The notes: generated by a model not told the origin, from the sequence alone. 64,000 bases of DNA from an uncultured Gemmatimonadales bacterium (GCA_963825055.1 CAWGSK010000030.1:18882-82881); one strand, 5' to 3'. Shown: positions 44,419 through 56,815, numbered from the stretch's first letter. Translations and numbers: made by a program.

Positions 44419-45384
44419 CTATGGGCGGGGGGATTCCGGCGCGCCCTCCCCGCGGTCGCCACGGATCTCGGGCGTGATGGGCGTGAGGCCCGAGGCACGC
44501 ACGATGGCCTGCCCCGAATCGGAGAAGACAAAATCCACGAACTCGCGAGCGAGGGCCGGGTGGGCGGCCGAGTCGGGAATGGTGAGGGCGTACACGATGG
44601 GCTCCCCGCGGAACGTGAGGGAATCGCGGTCTCCCGGGCCGGGCAGCCGCACCACTGCGTGGGCGTAGTACTCAGCCTTCGAGGGGTCGCTCAGGTTCAC
44701 CGCGGGGGGCAGGGACACCGAGGGGAGGCCGGTCGCATGCGCAATGGAAGCATAGGAGAATGCGTAGTCCAGCTCGCCCGTTTCCACCAGCGCGGTCAGG
44801 TCCGACTCCTTGGGGCGGATGTAGCGTTCCGGCACCGCGGCACGCAGGCGGGCGGCAAGGCCGGGCTGATGATAATACGACTCCGCGAGCTGGAAGACCA
44901 TCAGGGTACGGTATCCGTTGGGATCAAGGGCGGGGTTGGAGTGTCCCACCCGGACGTCGGGTCGCAGGAGCACCTGCCACCAGTTGTCGCCGTTGATGTC
45001 GGAGGCGCCCCGCGCATCCGGGGCATGCAGGAGGACCATGCTGTTCGTCGCGAAGAGCGCGTACCACGATGCGTGTGCCGGCACCAGCAGGGTCGGCATG
45101 ATCTGGTAGTCGGCGACACCGACCACGTCGGGAATGCGGTGAAGCTCCGTGAGCTTGCGCGCCGTCTCCAGGCTCCCGGCGTTCTCCTGGGCCACGGTCA
45201 CCCCGGGATGGGAAGCGGCGAAGGCCTCGAGCAAGTCATGAAACGGCCCCGCCAGGCTTCCCGCGTTGAACACCGTGAGCGGGCCGGTTTCGACCGGCCC
45301 GCGTTCCCGGCCGCAGGCTGCCAGCAGGAGACCGAGGCCCAGAAGCAGGGCCGGGCCGCGCCCCTTCACCACGTTCCCTGCCAT
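44419..45384 (-). CDS. Periplasmic solute-binding lipoprotein, molybdate/tungstate (ModA/WtpA)-like
   Basis: The lipobox is LLLGLGLLLAACG. The PBP-type N-terminus reads LTVFNAGSLAGPFHDLLEAF...ENAGSLETARK...DVVGVADY. Confidence 0.6.
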   Translation of the reverse strand: MAGNVVKGRGPALLLGLGLLLAACGRERGPVETGPLTVFNAGSLAGPFHDLLEAFAASHPGVTVAQENAGSLETARKLTELHRIPDVVGVADYQIMPTLLVPAHASWYALFATNSMVLLHAPDARGASDINGDNWWQVLLRPDVRVGHSNPALDPNGYRTLMVFQLAESYYHQPGLAARLRAAVPERYIRPKESDLTALVETGELDYAFSYASIAHATGLPSVSLPPAVNLSDPSKAEYYAHAVVRLPGPGDRDSLTFRGEPIVYALTIPDSAAHPALAREFVDFVFSDSGQAIVRASGLTPITPEIRGDRGEGAPESPRP

Positions 45385-46157
45385 TCCAGGGCCACGCCAC
45401 CCGCCCGGGGCAACACCGCCGGGGCCCGGATGCCGAAGATCGCCAGCCGCCCCGTCGCGAACTTCGCGCTGACGTACCCGAGCGCGGCACCTGCCGCGAC
45501 ATCGCTCAGCCAGTGTTTGTGGTCGTTCAGCCGGCTCCAGGCGGTGCCGGCGGCGAGCGTGTAGAGGCCCACCGTCGCCAGGGGCCGGTGGATTTCGTCC
45601 GAGAGGGAGGTGGCCAGGGCAAAGGCCATCGTGGTGTGCCCGGACGGGAAGCTGCTCTGTCCGGAGAACGGGGCAAAGTCGTCAGCGTCATCCAGGCGAT
45701 CCGCCGGCCGTGGCCGGCCGAACGCCAGCTTGGCACCACCCACCATGATACCGGCGGTGAGGATGGACCCGCCCACGCGAAGGCCGGCATCACGAATGCC
45801 GCCGTCGCCACTTGCCAGGCCCGCGGTCACCAGCCCGACGGCCACCGTCCCGTAGACCTCGGGTGAGCCGAAATGACGGAAAAAGCCCGCGACGTCATTG
45901 CTGGCATCCGAACGCGCCCGGATCATGTCCCGGTTGACGGGCTCGTCGACCAGCGTCAGGAACGCGAGTCCCCCGACCATTGCGGCCCCGTGCCACCACT
46001 GCAACCCCGCCGCTGGGCGGGGGGCCTGGGCCGTGGCCGGCGCCGGCGCCACCAGGAGGAAGGACAACACGAAGACCACGCACATGGAGACGTGGCGCGG
46101 CGGCAACGGGAAGGGCGGTCTGGACATTCGGCGAATCCGGATTGAGGCGGGGGCCAC
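45366..46157 (-). CDS. PAP2-family phosphatase
   Basis: Three PAP2 motifs are present: KLAFGRPRP, FPSGHT and SRLNDHKHWLSDV. The start is uncertain (ATG 46157, 46127 or 46085). Confidence 0.85.
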   Translation of the reverse strand: MAPASIRIRRMSRPPFPLPPRHVSMCVVFVLSFLLVAPAPATAQAPRPAAGLQWWHGAAMVGGLAFLTLVDEPVNRDMIRARSDASNDVAGFFRHFGSPEVYGTVAVGLVTAGLASGDGGIRDAGLRVGGSILTAGIMVGGAKLAFGRPRPADRLDDADDFAPFSGQSSFPSGHTTMAFALATSLSDEIHRPLATVGLYTLAAGTAWSRLNDHKHWLSDVAAGAALGYVSAKFATGRLAIFGIRAPAVLPRAGGVALEWQGTW

Positions 46158-46245
46158 TCACAATAATGTGGCGGGGGCTTTACATCCATACCCCGGAGGA
46201 TGACTTTTGAGGCGCTGCGTATCACCATTCACCCCGGAATCGAAC

Positions 46246-46605
46246 ATGAAACGTCTCGCGGTCGTACTGGCGCTATTCACCCTTGCCGGCTGCCGGAATT
46301 ACGACAACTGGGATGCCGTCTCCGACCAGGGAGGCCTGGTGCCGCCCGACGTCTACGCGACGTACGGTCGGGAACAGGCCATCGTCGTCGCCGTGGGCCG
46401 CGAGTTTGCCCGGCCCTACAACAGCGGCGCCGGAGCCCAGGCGCGGATCGCCACCGCCTACGCCCGCAAGTTCCCGGATGTGGTGAACGTGACCGCGGAC
46501 ACGCTGGGCAACCGGCTCACCATCCAGTTCAAGGACGGCTGGCTGGCCGCCGTGGTCCCGATCGACGACGGCAAGACCGGAGATGACACGAAGATTCCCT
46601 CCTGA
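46246..46605 (+). CDS. Hypothetical lipoprotein
   Basis: MKRLAVVLALFTLAGC from ATG 46246, within ORF 46207..46605. Confidence 0.55.
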   Translation: MKRLAVVLALFTLAGCRNYDNWDAVSDQGGLVPPDVYATYGREQAIVVAVGREFARPYNSGAGAQARIATAYARKFPDVVNVTADTLGNRLTIQFKDGWLAAVVPIDDGKTGDDTKIPS

Positions 46606-46611
46606 TCCCCG

Positions 46612-46938
46612 ATGAAGGACACCGGCTGCCTCCAGGTCATGACCATGCTTGAGTCACGCGAGGCGGCCGAGGGAATGGCCGGAACCCTGGTGAAGGAACA
46701 GCTGGCCGCCTGTGCGCAGGTGGCAGGCCCCGTCCAGAGCACGTACCGATGGCGTGACGCAGTCGAACAGGGCGAGGAGTGGATCTGCCAGTGCAAGATC
46801 CCCGCGGAGGCCTTCGAGGCCCTCGCCGCCCGCATCCGTGAGTTGCACTCCTACGACACGCCCGAAATCATCGCATTCCCCATCGTGGCTGGCGACCCTG
46901 CCTATCTCGCCTGGATCCGCGACGCCGTCCGCCTCTGA
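46612..46938 (+). CDS. cutA: Divalent-cation tolerance protein CutA
   Basis: The sequence contains LVKEQLAACAQVAGPVQSTYRWRDAVEQGEEW...HSYDTPEIIAFPI. Confidence 0.85.
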   Translation: MKDTGCLQVMTMLESREAAEGMAGTLVKEQLAACAQVAGPVQSTYRWRDAVEQGEEWICQCKIPAEAFEALAARIRELHSYDTPEIIAFPIVAGDPAYLAWIRDAVRL

Positions 46939-46963
46939 TCGACGCCCTTTCCCCGGAGCCGTC

Positions 46964-47692
46964 ATGACCGAACCCACCGCAGCCACCGCCGCCACACCCG
47001 CCGTCTGGGAAGACATCCTCGAGATCTTCTACGCGCCCTCACGTGTCTTCGCCCGGCGCGAAGGTCGAGGGTTCGGAGTGCCATGGCTGATCTACATCAT
47101 CCTTCTCGCCATCCTCTTCTTTGCCACCCGCAGCGCGCTCCAGCCGGTGTACGACGCCGAAACCTCCCGGCAGATGATGTCCGCGCTCGCCAAGAATCCG
47201 CAGATCAGCGAAGACATGGTGCGCACCCAGATGGAAATGGGGAAGAAATTCACCGGCGTGGCCATCATCCTCTTCGGGGCCCTGGCCCCCCTCCTGGTGG
47301 GCCTGCTCCTCTGGCTGGTGGGCAAGGCGGTGGGGGCGGCGGAGGTCCTGGGCGCGGCCGTGATGGTGGCAGTCATGTCGCAGTACCCCAGGCTCCTCGG
47401 ATTCGTGGCCGGCGCGATCCAGGCGGCGTTCATCGCACCGGAGAAGATCCGCGGACAGGCAAGTATCTCGCTGGGCCCCGCCCGGTTCATTGACCCGGAC
47501 ACGGCCAGCGCCCTGACCACCGGGCTGCTCGTCCGGCTGGACGTGTTCACCATCTGGGCCACGGTGCTCCTGGCCATCGGGCTCAAGGTCACCGGCAAGG
47601 TGGACATGACCAGGGCCGCCATCGTGGCCGCGGTAATCTGGGTGCTGGGCGCGCTCCCTGTGCTCCTCGGCGCGCTGGCCCAGCGAGGCTGA
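46964..47692 (+). CDS. Yip1-domain membrane protein
   Basis: From ATG 46964 the sequence reads MTEPTAATAATPAVWEDILEIFYAPSRVF... It has 5 hydrophobic segments. The upstream part of track ORF 46712 overlaps cutA. Confidence 0.6.
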   Translation: MTEPTAATAATPAVWEDILEIFYAPSRVFARREGRGFGVPWLIYIILLAILFFATRSALQPVYDAETSRQMMSALAKNPQISEDMVRTQMEMGKKFTGVAIILFGALAPLLVGLLLWLVGKAVGAAEVLGAAVMVAVMSQYPRLLGFVAGAIQAAFIAPEKIRGQASISLGPARFIDPDTASALTTGLLVRLDVFTIWATVLLAIGLKVTGKVDMTRAAIVAAVIWVLGALPVLLGALAQRG

Positions 47693-47696
47693 CATC

Positions 47697-47966
47697 GTGA
47701 AGAGAACCACGCTCGTCACCATCATCGTGATCCTCGCCTTCGTGATCCTGCTGGCATGGAGCACGCTCTCGGCCCAGCGGGTCGAGTGCGAGGTCTGTGT
47801 CACCCACCGGGGGCTGCGCAACTGCGCCACAGCCTCCGCCGAGAACCAGGGCGATGCGATTCAGGCGGCCCAGAATACCGCCTGTGGCACTATCTCGGCA
47901 GGCATGGATGACCGGATTGCCTGTGGAAGGGCCCAGCCCGAAGTCCTCCGCTGCCAGACCCGCTGA
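47697..47966 (+). CDS. Small membrane-anchored Cys-rich protein, unknown function
   Basis: 89 aa. It has an N-terminal TM/signal (MKRTTLVTIIVILAFVILLAWSTLSAQ) and then six cysteines. It starts 4 nt after the Yip1 stop. Confidence 0.5.
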   Translation: MKRTTLVTIIVILAFVILLAWSTLSAQRVECEVCVTHRGLRNCATASAENQGDAIQAAQNTACGTISAGMDDRIACGRAQPEVLRCQTR

Positions 47967-47989
47967 GCCGACCCGTGCAGGTTCTTCTC

Positions 47990-48031
47990 CCCGGCGGCGT
48001 CTCCCAGATAGGGCGCCGCCGGGATCTTTTT
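47990..48031 (+). terminator. Rho-independent terminator
   Basis: The stem is CCCGGCGGCG / CGCCGCCGGG with a 13-nt loop, followed by ATCTTTTT. Confidence 0.7.
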
Positions 48032-48183
48032 CGGCTCCCCGGTTGTAACTTGTTAGGAATGGAATACTTAGAAAGGTGAATCCCGGGCCGGGCCGCCACG
48101 GCAGGCACAGTCAGGCGAGGGCAATGGCACCAAGATTGCTCGTTCAGTTGCCGGAGCCAGCACCCCGACCGGGGGGATGAGAT

Positions 48184-48633
48184 ATGACCGACATGGAAAT
48201 CTCGATTCGCGACATGGAGGAAGGCGAGGAGTTTGGTGAATGGCTCGCCGACCTCATCGAGCGTGACGAAGCCGAGACCGGCCGCGCGATCCGCAGCGAA
48301 GACCGTTACCTGGTCCTCACTGACGCGATCGGCGACTGGATTGGCGGGCTGCGGTATTCCCTGCAGGGCGGAGTGGCCCGGCTGGTCCAGCTGGCCGTCC
48401 GCTCGAGCGAGCGCCACCAGGGGCACGCCCACCGCCTTCTGCAGGCATTCGAGGAGCGGGCAGTGGAGTCCGGCGCCCACCTCGTGGAATTCTGGACCGA
48501 CGACATCCGAAGCCATGGTTTCCTCTCCGCCATCGGCTGGCGCGCGGTGCTGGCCCGGGAGGATTACGTCGGGCACCGCCGCTGGTACCTGATGGAGAAG
48601 CCCCTCCCGCAGTTCGCCTCCGTCGAGTCCTGA
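48184..48633 (+). CDS. GNAT-family N-acetyltransferase
   Basis: 149 aa with the motif A-like segment LAVRSSERHQGHAHRLLQAFEERA. Confidence 0.65.
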   Translation: MTDMEISIRDMEEGEEFGEWLADLIERDEAETGRAIRSEDRYLVLTDAIGDWIGGLRYSLQGGVARLVQLAVRSSERHQGHAHRLLQAFEERAVESGAHLVEFWTDDIRSHGFLSAIGWRAVLAREDYVGHRRWYLMEKPLPQFASVES

Positions 48634-48727
48634 GCCACCGGCTGGCCTCAGGAAGCCAATAGGGACAGATTACGTATCTGTGTAGCGCTGACACCCGGCT
48701 CCCCTGGTGTCCCCCTGAAGTGACAGG

Positions 48728-49702
48728 ATGGAAATGAGCAACAGCCCCGCCGCATCTCTGCATTCCAAGATCGAGGTTCTTCAGGACCTCGAGAATCGGG
48801 TCCAGGACCTGATGGCCCGGCACGAGGAAAAGCGGGAGCTCTGGTATCCCTCGGAACTGCTGGATGCCGAAGACGGTGACACGGACGCGCATCTGGACAT
48901 GCTCCGGAAGCGGGCGCGGGGTATTCCCGATTCCGCCCGCGCCGCCATCGCCCTCAACCTCCTCACCGAGGAAGGCCTGCCACATTTTCACCGGCTCCTC
49001 GCCGTCTACCTCGGCGACGACAGCCACTGGCAGACCTGGAACAACCTCTGGACCGCCGAAGAGGACCGGCACGGTGCCGTGCTCCGGGACTACGTCCGCG
49101 AAGCCCGCCTCTATGACCAGCAGAAGCTCGAGCGCCTCCAGTTCGCGTACATCCGCAACGGGTTCCATCCCGGCTGGGATCGCGACCCGTATCGCGTGTT
49201 CGTCTATACCTCGGTGCAGGAGCGCGCGACGCAGGCTTCGCACGCCGGCACGGCACGGGTCGTCGGGGAGTACGAGCCTCTCCTCGGGACGGTGCTGAAC
49301 CGCGTGGCCGCCGAGGAGGCACGCCACTACACGTTCTACCGCACGGTGTTCGAGGAAATCCTGGCCCGTGATCCGGACCAGGCGCTCGAATCGGCCTCCC
49401 GGATTCTGCCGGGGATCGACATGCCGGGCGTGGCCATGCCCGGCTTCCGGGAATTCGCCGAGGTCGTGCGACGGTCCGGTATCTATGGGCCGTGGGATTA
49501 CATGCGCATCGTCCAGGAGCAGATCCGCTACTGGAAGATCGAGGGGCTGCGCGGGCTGTCGGAAATCGGGCGGGTGGCCCAGGAGAAGATCCTGGAGATC
49601 CCCGAACGATTGAAGCGGGTCGCGGAGCACATTGACCGTCGAAGCCGCTCGAAGACCTTCAGCTTTGACATTCTGTTCCATCGCGAATTCGCGATGGAGT
49701 AA
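48728..49702 (+). CDS. Soluble acyl-ACP desaturase (diiron, stearoyl-ACP desaturase family)
   Basis: Two E-E-x-x-H diiron boxes are present (TAEEDRHGAV and AAEEARHYTF), plus EEGLPHFHRLL. Confidence 0.85.
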   Translation: MEMSNSPAASLHSKIEVLQDLENRVQDLMARHEEKRELWYPSELLDAEDGDTDAHLDMLRKRARGIPDSARAAIALNLLTEEGLPHFHRLLAVYLGDDSHWQTWNNLWTAEEDRHGAVLRDYVREARLYDQQKLERLQFAYIRNGFHPGWDRDPYRVFVYTSVQERATQASHAGTARVVGEYEPLLGTVLNRVAAEEARHYTFYRTVFEEILARDPDQALESASRILPGIDMPGVAMPGFREFAEVVRRSGIYGPWDYMRIVQEQIRYWKIEGLRGLSEIGRVAQEKILEIPERLKRVAEHIDRRSRSKTFSFDILFHREFAME

Positions 49703-49720
49703 CCGGCGAATCCCTTCCCC

Positions 49721-50176
49721 ATGCTCCGGCGCTTCCCGGCCACCATTCCCGCCCTGCTGCTCGTGGGGCTTCTCGTCGCCTGCGGAAAGGACAAGCCGGC
49801 CACGCCGGAGGCGCGCCAGCAGGTCCGCGCGGAGGCGACAAAGGGAGATCCTGAAGCCGAGGCATCAGTCCTGGGGCGGGAAATCCGTGACCTGGTCGAC
49901 CGTGCCATGGCGTATCGCAGCTCGCATGGTGGACGGTCTCCCCGCTCCCTGCGCGAACTCGGTATCGATGAACTGACCCACGGCACCCGTCGGTCCCTGT
50001 CCGTAGTGGACGGGATGCCCCGGGTCACCGTGGCATTCCGCGTGACCGAGGGACGGCTGGTCGAATCGTGCTCCGGAAACGACCGGATCCTGGAGGATGC
50101 CACCCTGAGCGGGACCTATACGCTGGACTGCACATACGTGTCAGGGGGGAATACGACCTTCACGGTTGCGCGCTAG
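49721..50176 (+). CDS. Hypothetical lipoprotein
   Basis: MLRRFPATIPALLLVGLLVACG gives a lipobox signal. Confidence 0.55.
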   Translation: MLRRFPATIPALLLVGLLVACGKDKPATPEARQQVRAEATKGDPEAEASVLGREIRDLVDRAMAYRSSHGGRSPRSLRELGIDELTHGTRRSLSVVDGMPRVTVAFRVTEGRLVESCSGNDRILEDATLSGTYTLDCTYVSGGNTTFTVAR

Positions 50177-50179
50177 CCC

Positions 50180-50755
50180 GTGCTGATCGAAGAGGTCGTC
50201 CGATACCTCGTACTCGCGGCGTTTGCATTCGCCTGCCTCATTGCCCTCACCTGGTGGGCCCTCCGCGAAGGCCGCCTGGCCCCATCGAATCCCCTGGCGA
50301 AGTTCATGCGCCGCGCCGGGGACCCGTTCGTCCAGCCAATGGCGCGGCGGGTCGCCCGGATGGGAGGCAACTCCCAGGACGCACCGTTCTGGCTCATTGC
50401 AGCCGTGGTGCTGGGCGGACTGTTGCTGATTACGGCAACAGGCTGGCTGCTCGACATGATCGCGTACGTGCAGTACGCCTCGAGAAGCGGACCGCGGGCG
50501 TGGCTCCGGCTGCTGATCGACCTCGCCTATTTCCTCCTGGTCGCTGCCCTGGTGGTCCGGGTGGCCGCATCCTGGCTCGGTCTCTCGCGACAGGGTCCGG
50601 TTGTGGGCCTCGCTTTCCGCCTGACGGACTGGATCGTGCTCCCCATCCGGCGGCTGCTCCCCGCGATGGGGCCGCTGGACCTGAGCCCGCTGGTCGCCTG
50701 GCTCTTCCTGATGATTATCCGCTGGCTCCTGCACGCGATCGTTCCCGCGTTCTAG
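50180..50755 (+). CDS. yggT: YggT-family membrane protein
   Basis: Two YggT-like halves are present. Motifs are DPFVQPMARRV and WIVLPIRRLLPAMGPLDLSPLVAWLFL. It has a GTG start. Confidence 0.7.
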   Translation: MLIEEVVRYLVLAAFAFACLIALTWWALREGRLAPSNPLAKFMRRAGDPFVQPMARRVARMGGNSQDAPFWLIAAVVLGGLLLITATGWLLDMIAYVQYASRSGPRAWLRLLIDLAYFLLVAALVVRVAASWLGLSRQGPVVGLAFRLTDWIVLPIRRLLPAMGPLDLSPLVAWLFLMIIRWLLHAIVPAF

Positions 50756-50758
50756 GTC

Positions 50759-51052
50759 ATGCCCATCTCGCCGCGTGACGGCGGCGTCCGGCTCCGCCTC
50801 TACATCCAGCCCCGAGCCTCCCGCACCGAGGTGGCCGGCCTCCATGACGACGTCATTCGTATCCGCCTCGCCGCCCCGCCGGTGGATGGCGCGGCGAACA
50901 AATCCCTGGTCCGTTTCCTGGCGAGACGCCTCGGCGTCCGGCAGTCGGAGGTGACCCTCGCTGCGGGCCAGTCCAGTCGGCGCAAGACTGTGGATGTCAC
51001 GGGCCTGTCGGTGGAGGAAGCCCGGACCAGGCTCCTGAAGCCGGAGGCGTAG
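50759..51052 (+). CDS. DUF167 (YggU) family protein
   Basis: The sequence contains LYIQPRASRTEVAGLHDDVIRIRLAAPPVDGAANKSLVRFLA. Confidence 0.8.
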   Translation: MPISPRDGGVRLRLYIQPRASRTEVAGLHDDVIRIRLAAPPVDGAANKSLVRFLARRLGVRQSEVTLAAGQSSRRKTVDVTGLSVEEARTRLLKPEA

Positions 51053-51201
51053 AGCGCTTGCCGCACACGCCCCATCCGCCTACGTTCCGCAGACAATCGA
51101 ACCCGTGGTGATTTGCGCCTATTGCGGCCACGTTAAACAACTCGCTAAAACGCCGCCCGGGGTGTTTTGGCACCGCGGGTTTCCGTGTTTCGGGAGGTTT
51201 C

Positions 51202-54200
51202 ATGGCAGGTGAGGGAGGAGCAGGAGGGAAGGCGGCACGGCGTCCGGCACGAGCGCGCCGGCTGGAGGCGCTGCCCCGGCTCCTGGGGGAGCGCATCCTC
51301 CTGCTCGACGGCGCCATGGGCACCATGATCCAGCGCGCCCGGCCCGGCGAGGAGGACTACCGGGGGGAGCGGTTCCGGGAACACACGCGTGACTTGCGCG
51401 GAAACAACGACCTGCTGACGCTCACCCGTCCCGACCTGATCCGCGACATCCACGCCGCCTACCTCGCGGCCGGGGCGGACATCATCGAGACGAACACGTT
51501 CAACTCGACCGCGATCGCACAGGCCGACTACGGGCTGGAAGCCCTGGTCCCGGAGTTGAACCTCGCCGGGGCCGCGCTGGCGCGGGCCGCCGCCGATGCG
51601 GCTGAGGAGGCGGATGGCAACCCCCGGTGGGTCGCCGGGGTACTCGGGCCCACGAACCGCACGGCCTCGCTCTCGCCGGATGTGGGCAACCCGGCCGCAC
51701 GCAACGTGACCTTCGCCGAACTCGCCGAAGCCTATCGTGTCGCGGCCGCCGCCCTCGTGGAGGGAGGAGCCGACCTGCTCCTGATCGAGACCGTGTTCGA
51801 TACCCTGAACGCGAAGGCCGCAATCTACGCCGTGATGGAGCTGTTCCCTGACGTCACCACCCGCCCCCCACTCATGATCTCCGGCACCATCACCGATGCC
51901 AGCGGGCGCACATTGTCCGGCCAGACCACCGAGGCCTTCTGGTACTCCATCGCGCACGCCCAGCCCTTCAGTGTCGGGCTCAACTGCGCACTCGGCGCTT
52001 CACAGCTTCGTGCCCACGTGCAGGACCTGGCCCGCACCGCGCCGGTCCCGGTCAGCACGCACCCCAACGCGGGCCTGCCCAACGAGTTCGGCGAATACGA
52101 CGACACCCCCGCGTCCATGGCCAGCGTGCTGGGTGGCTTCGCCAAGGACGGGCTCGTGAACATCGTCGGCGGCTGTTGCGGCACGACACCCGACCACATC
52201 GCGGCCATCCGCGAGGCCGTGGCCGGATGCGCACCGCGCGCCCTGCCATCCTTCCCGCGCCGCTGCCGCCTGAGCGGCCTCGAGCCGCTGGTGATCAGCC
52301 CGGAATCCAACTTCGTGAACGTGGGCGAGCGCACCAACGTGACGGGCTCGCGCCGGTTTGCGAAGCTCGTCCTGTCGGGCGCCTACGAAGACGCGCTCGA
52401 GGTGGCCCGGGAGCAGGTGGAAAACGGGGCCCAGATCGTCGACGTCAACATGGACGAAGGGATGCTGGATTCCCGCGAGGCCATGCGGACCTTCCTGCGC
52501 CTCATCGCGTCGGATCCGGCCATCAGCCGGGTGCCGATCATGGTGGACAGCTCCCGCTGGGACGTCATCCAGGAAGGCCTCCAGCAACTCCAGGGGAAGG
52601 GTGTCGTCAACTCCATCAGTCTCAAGGAAGGCGAGGAGGAATTCCGGCAGCGCGCCCGGGAAGTGCGTCGCTACGGCGCGGCGGTGGTGGTGATGGCCTT
52701 CGACGAACAGGGCCAGGCCGACACTGCGGGACGGAAGGTCGCGATATGCACCCGCAGCTACCGGATCCTGACGGAGGAACTCGGCTTTCCGGCCGAGGAC
52801 ATCATCTTCGACCCGAATATCTTCGCCATCGGGACCGGCATGGAGGAGCATGCCGGCTACGCGCTCGCCTTCATCGAGGCCACGCGCCAGATCAAGGCCA
52901 CCCTCCCGCATGCCCTGGTGAGCGGCGGCGTTTCCAACGTCTCCTTCTCGTTCCGTGGCAACGCGCCGGTGCGCGAGGCGATGCACTCGGCGTTCCTGTA
53001 CCACGCGATCCGCGCCGGCATGGACATGGGAATCGTCAATGCCGGACAGCTTGCGATCTACGACGACATCCCGCAGGACCTCCTGGAGCGGGTGGAGGAC
53101 GTAATCCTCAACCGGCGGCAGGACGCCACCGAGCGGCTGCTCGAGGTCGCCCAGGACGCAACATCCCTGACGCGCGCGCACGGGCCCGACCTCTCCTGGC
53201 GGGAGCGCCCGGTCACCGAGCGCCTGACGCACGCGCTGGTGGAAGGAATCAACGCCTGGATCGTGGCGGACACCGAAGAGGCCCGCCAGGAATTCGACCA
53301 TGCCATCGAGGTGATCGAAGGGCCACTCATGGACGGCATGAACGTCGTGGGCGACCTGTTCGGCGCGGGGAAGATGTTCCTGCCGCAGGTCGTCAAGAGC
53401 GCCCGGGTCATGAAGCAGGCCGTCGCGCACCTCATTCCGTACATTGAGGCCGAACGGGCCGGAGCCCCGTCGCGCCCGCGCGGCAGGGTGGTGCTGGCCA
53501 CCGTCAAGGGCGACGTACACGACATCGGCAAGAACATCGTGGGCGTGGTCCTGCAGTGCAACAACTACGAGGTGATCGACCTTGGCGTGATGGTGCCCTG
53601 CCAGAAAATCCTGGATACGGCGCGGGAGCATGAAGCCGATCTCATCGGGCTGAGCGGCCTGATCACGCCGTCCCTCGAGGAAATGGTGTTCGTCGCTTCC
53701 GAGATGGAGCGCCAGGGTTTCGAGCAACCCCTGCTCATCGGGGGCGCCACGACGTCCCGGGCGCATACGGCCGTCCGGATCGAACCCGCCTATTCCGGGC
53801 CGACAGTGCACGTCCTCGATGCCTCCCGGGCGGTCGGAGTGGCCGGTACGCTGCTCAACCCCTCGGCCCGCGAGGCCTTTCACCGGGAGGTCCGCGCCGA
53901 CTACGCCGCCCTCCGTGAGTCACGGCGAGGCCGGCGCCAGGCACGCGAGCGCCAGGGCATCGAAGATGCGCGAGCCAACCGGTTCCGGATCGACTGGCCC
54001 TCGACCGATCCGCCCGCGCCGGCCGCGAACGGGATCACCGTCCTCGACCATTACCCGCTCGAAGAGTTGCGCGAGCGAATCGACTGGACGCCATTCTTCC
54101 AGACGTGGGAGTTGCGGGGGCATTACCCCGACATCCTCACCGACGAAGCCCAGGGCGCCACGGCGCGAGAACTCTACGCCGATGCCCAGGCCATGCTTGA

Positions 54201-54949
54201 CCGCATCATCCGTGAGCGCTCGGTGACCGCGCGTGCGGTGTTCGGCCTCTTCCCTGCCGCGGCCGATGGCGACGACATCGTCCTGTACGACGACCCCGGT
54301 CGGGAACGCGTCCGCGCCGTCGTCCACACGCTCAGGCAACAGATGACGAAGGGGCCGGACAGGCCCAATTACGCCCTGGCCGACTTCGTCGCCCCCGTCG
54401 GCAGCGGGGTCCCCGATCATCTCGGCGCCTTCGTGGTGACTGCCGGCATCGGCCTTCCGGAGCTCATTGCCCATTTCGAGGCGGCCAACGACGACTACTC
54501 CGCTATCATGGCTCGCGCGATCACCGACCGCCTGGCCGAGGCGTTCGCCGAGCGGCTGCACGAGCGGATCCGCCGCGAGTTCTGGGGCTATGCGCCGGAC
54601 GAACACCTGGACAACGCCGATCTGATCCGCGAGCGCTACCAGGGCATCCGACCCGCGCCGGGCTACCCCGCCTGCCCGGATCACACCGAGAAGCAGATCC
54701 TGTTCAGCCTGCTGGACGCGGAAGAACGGATCGGAGTCCGGCTGACCGAGAGTTGCGCCATGCTGCCGGCCGCATCCGTCAGCGGGTACTACTTCTGGCA
54801 TCCGGAGTCGCGGTACTTCGGGGTCGGTACCATCGAGCGGGACCAGCTCGAGGACTACGCCCGGAGAAAGGGCATGCCGGTGAATGAGCTTGCGCGCTGG
54901 CTCGCGCCGAACCTCGACCACACGCCGGAAGCACGCGCGGAGGAGGCCC

Positions 54950-54966
<17 letters not shown>
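51202..54966 (+). CDS. metH: Cobalamin-dependent methionine synthase
   Basis: 1254 aa. The Hcy domain carries [12 protein letters not shown] pterin-binding domain is present. The B12 motif is [11 protein letters not shown] (DxHxxG). The C-terminal AdoMet activation domain ends ...[12 protein letters not shown]. Confidence 0.95.

Positions 54967-56815
<1,849 letters not shown>

Noticed and set aside
51053-51201. SAM-II, SAH or cobalamin riboswitch upstream of metH
   Set aside because: I could not align the leader to any of these consensus cores by eye. Only the hairpin plus T-tract is reported, as an open question.
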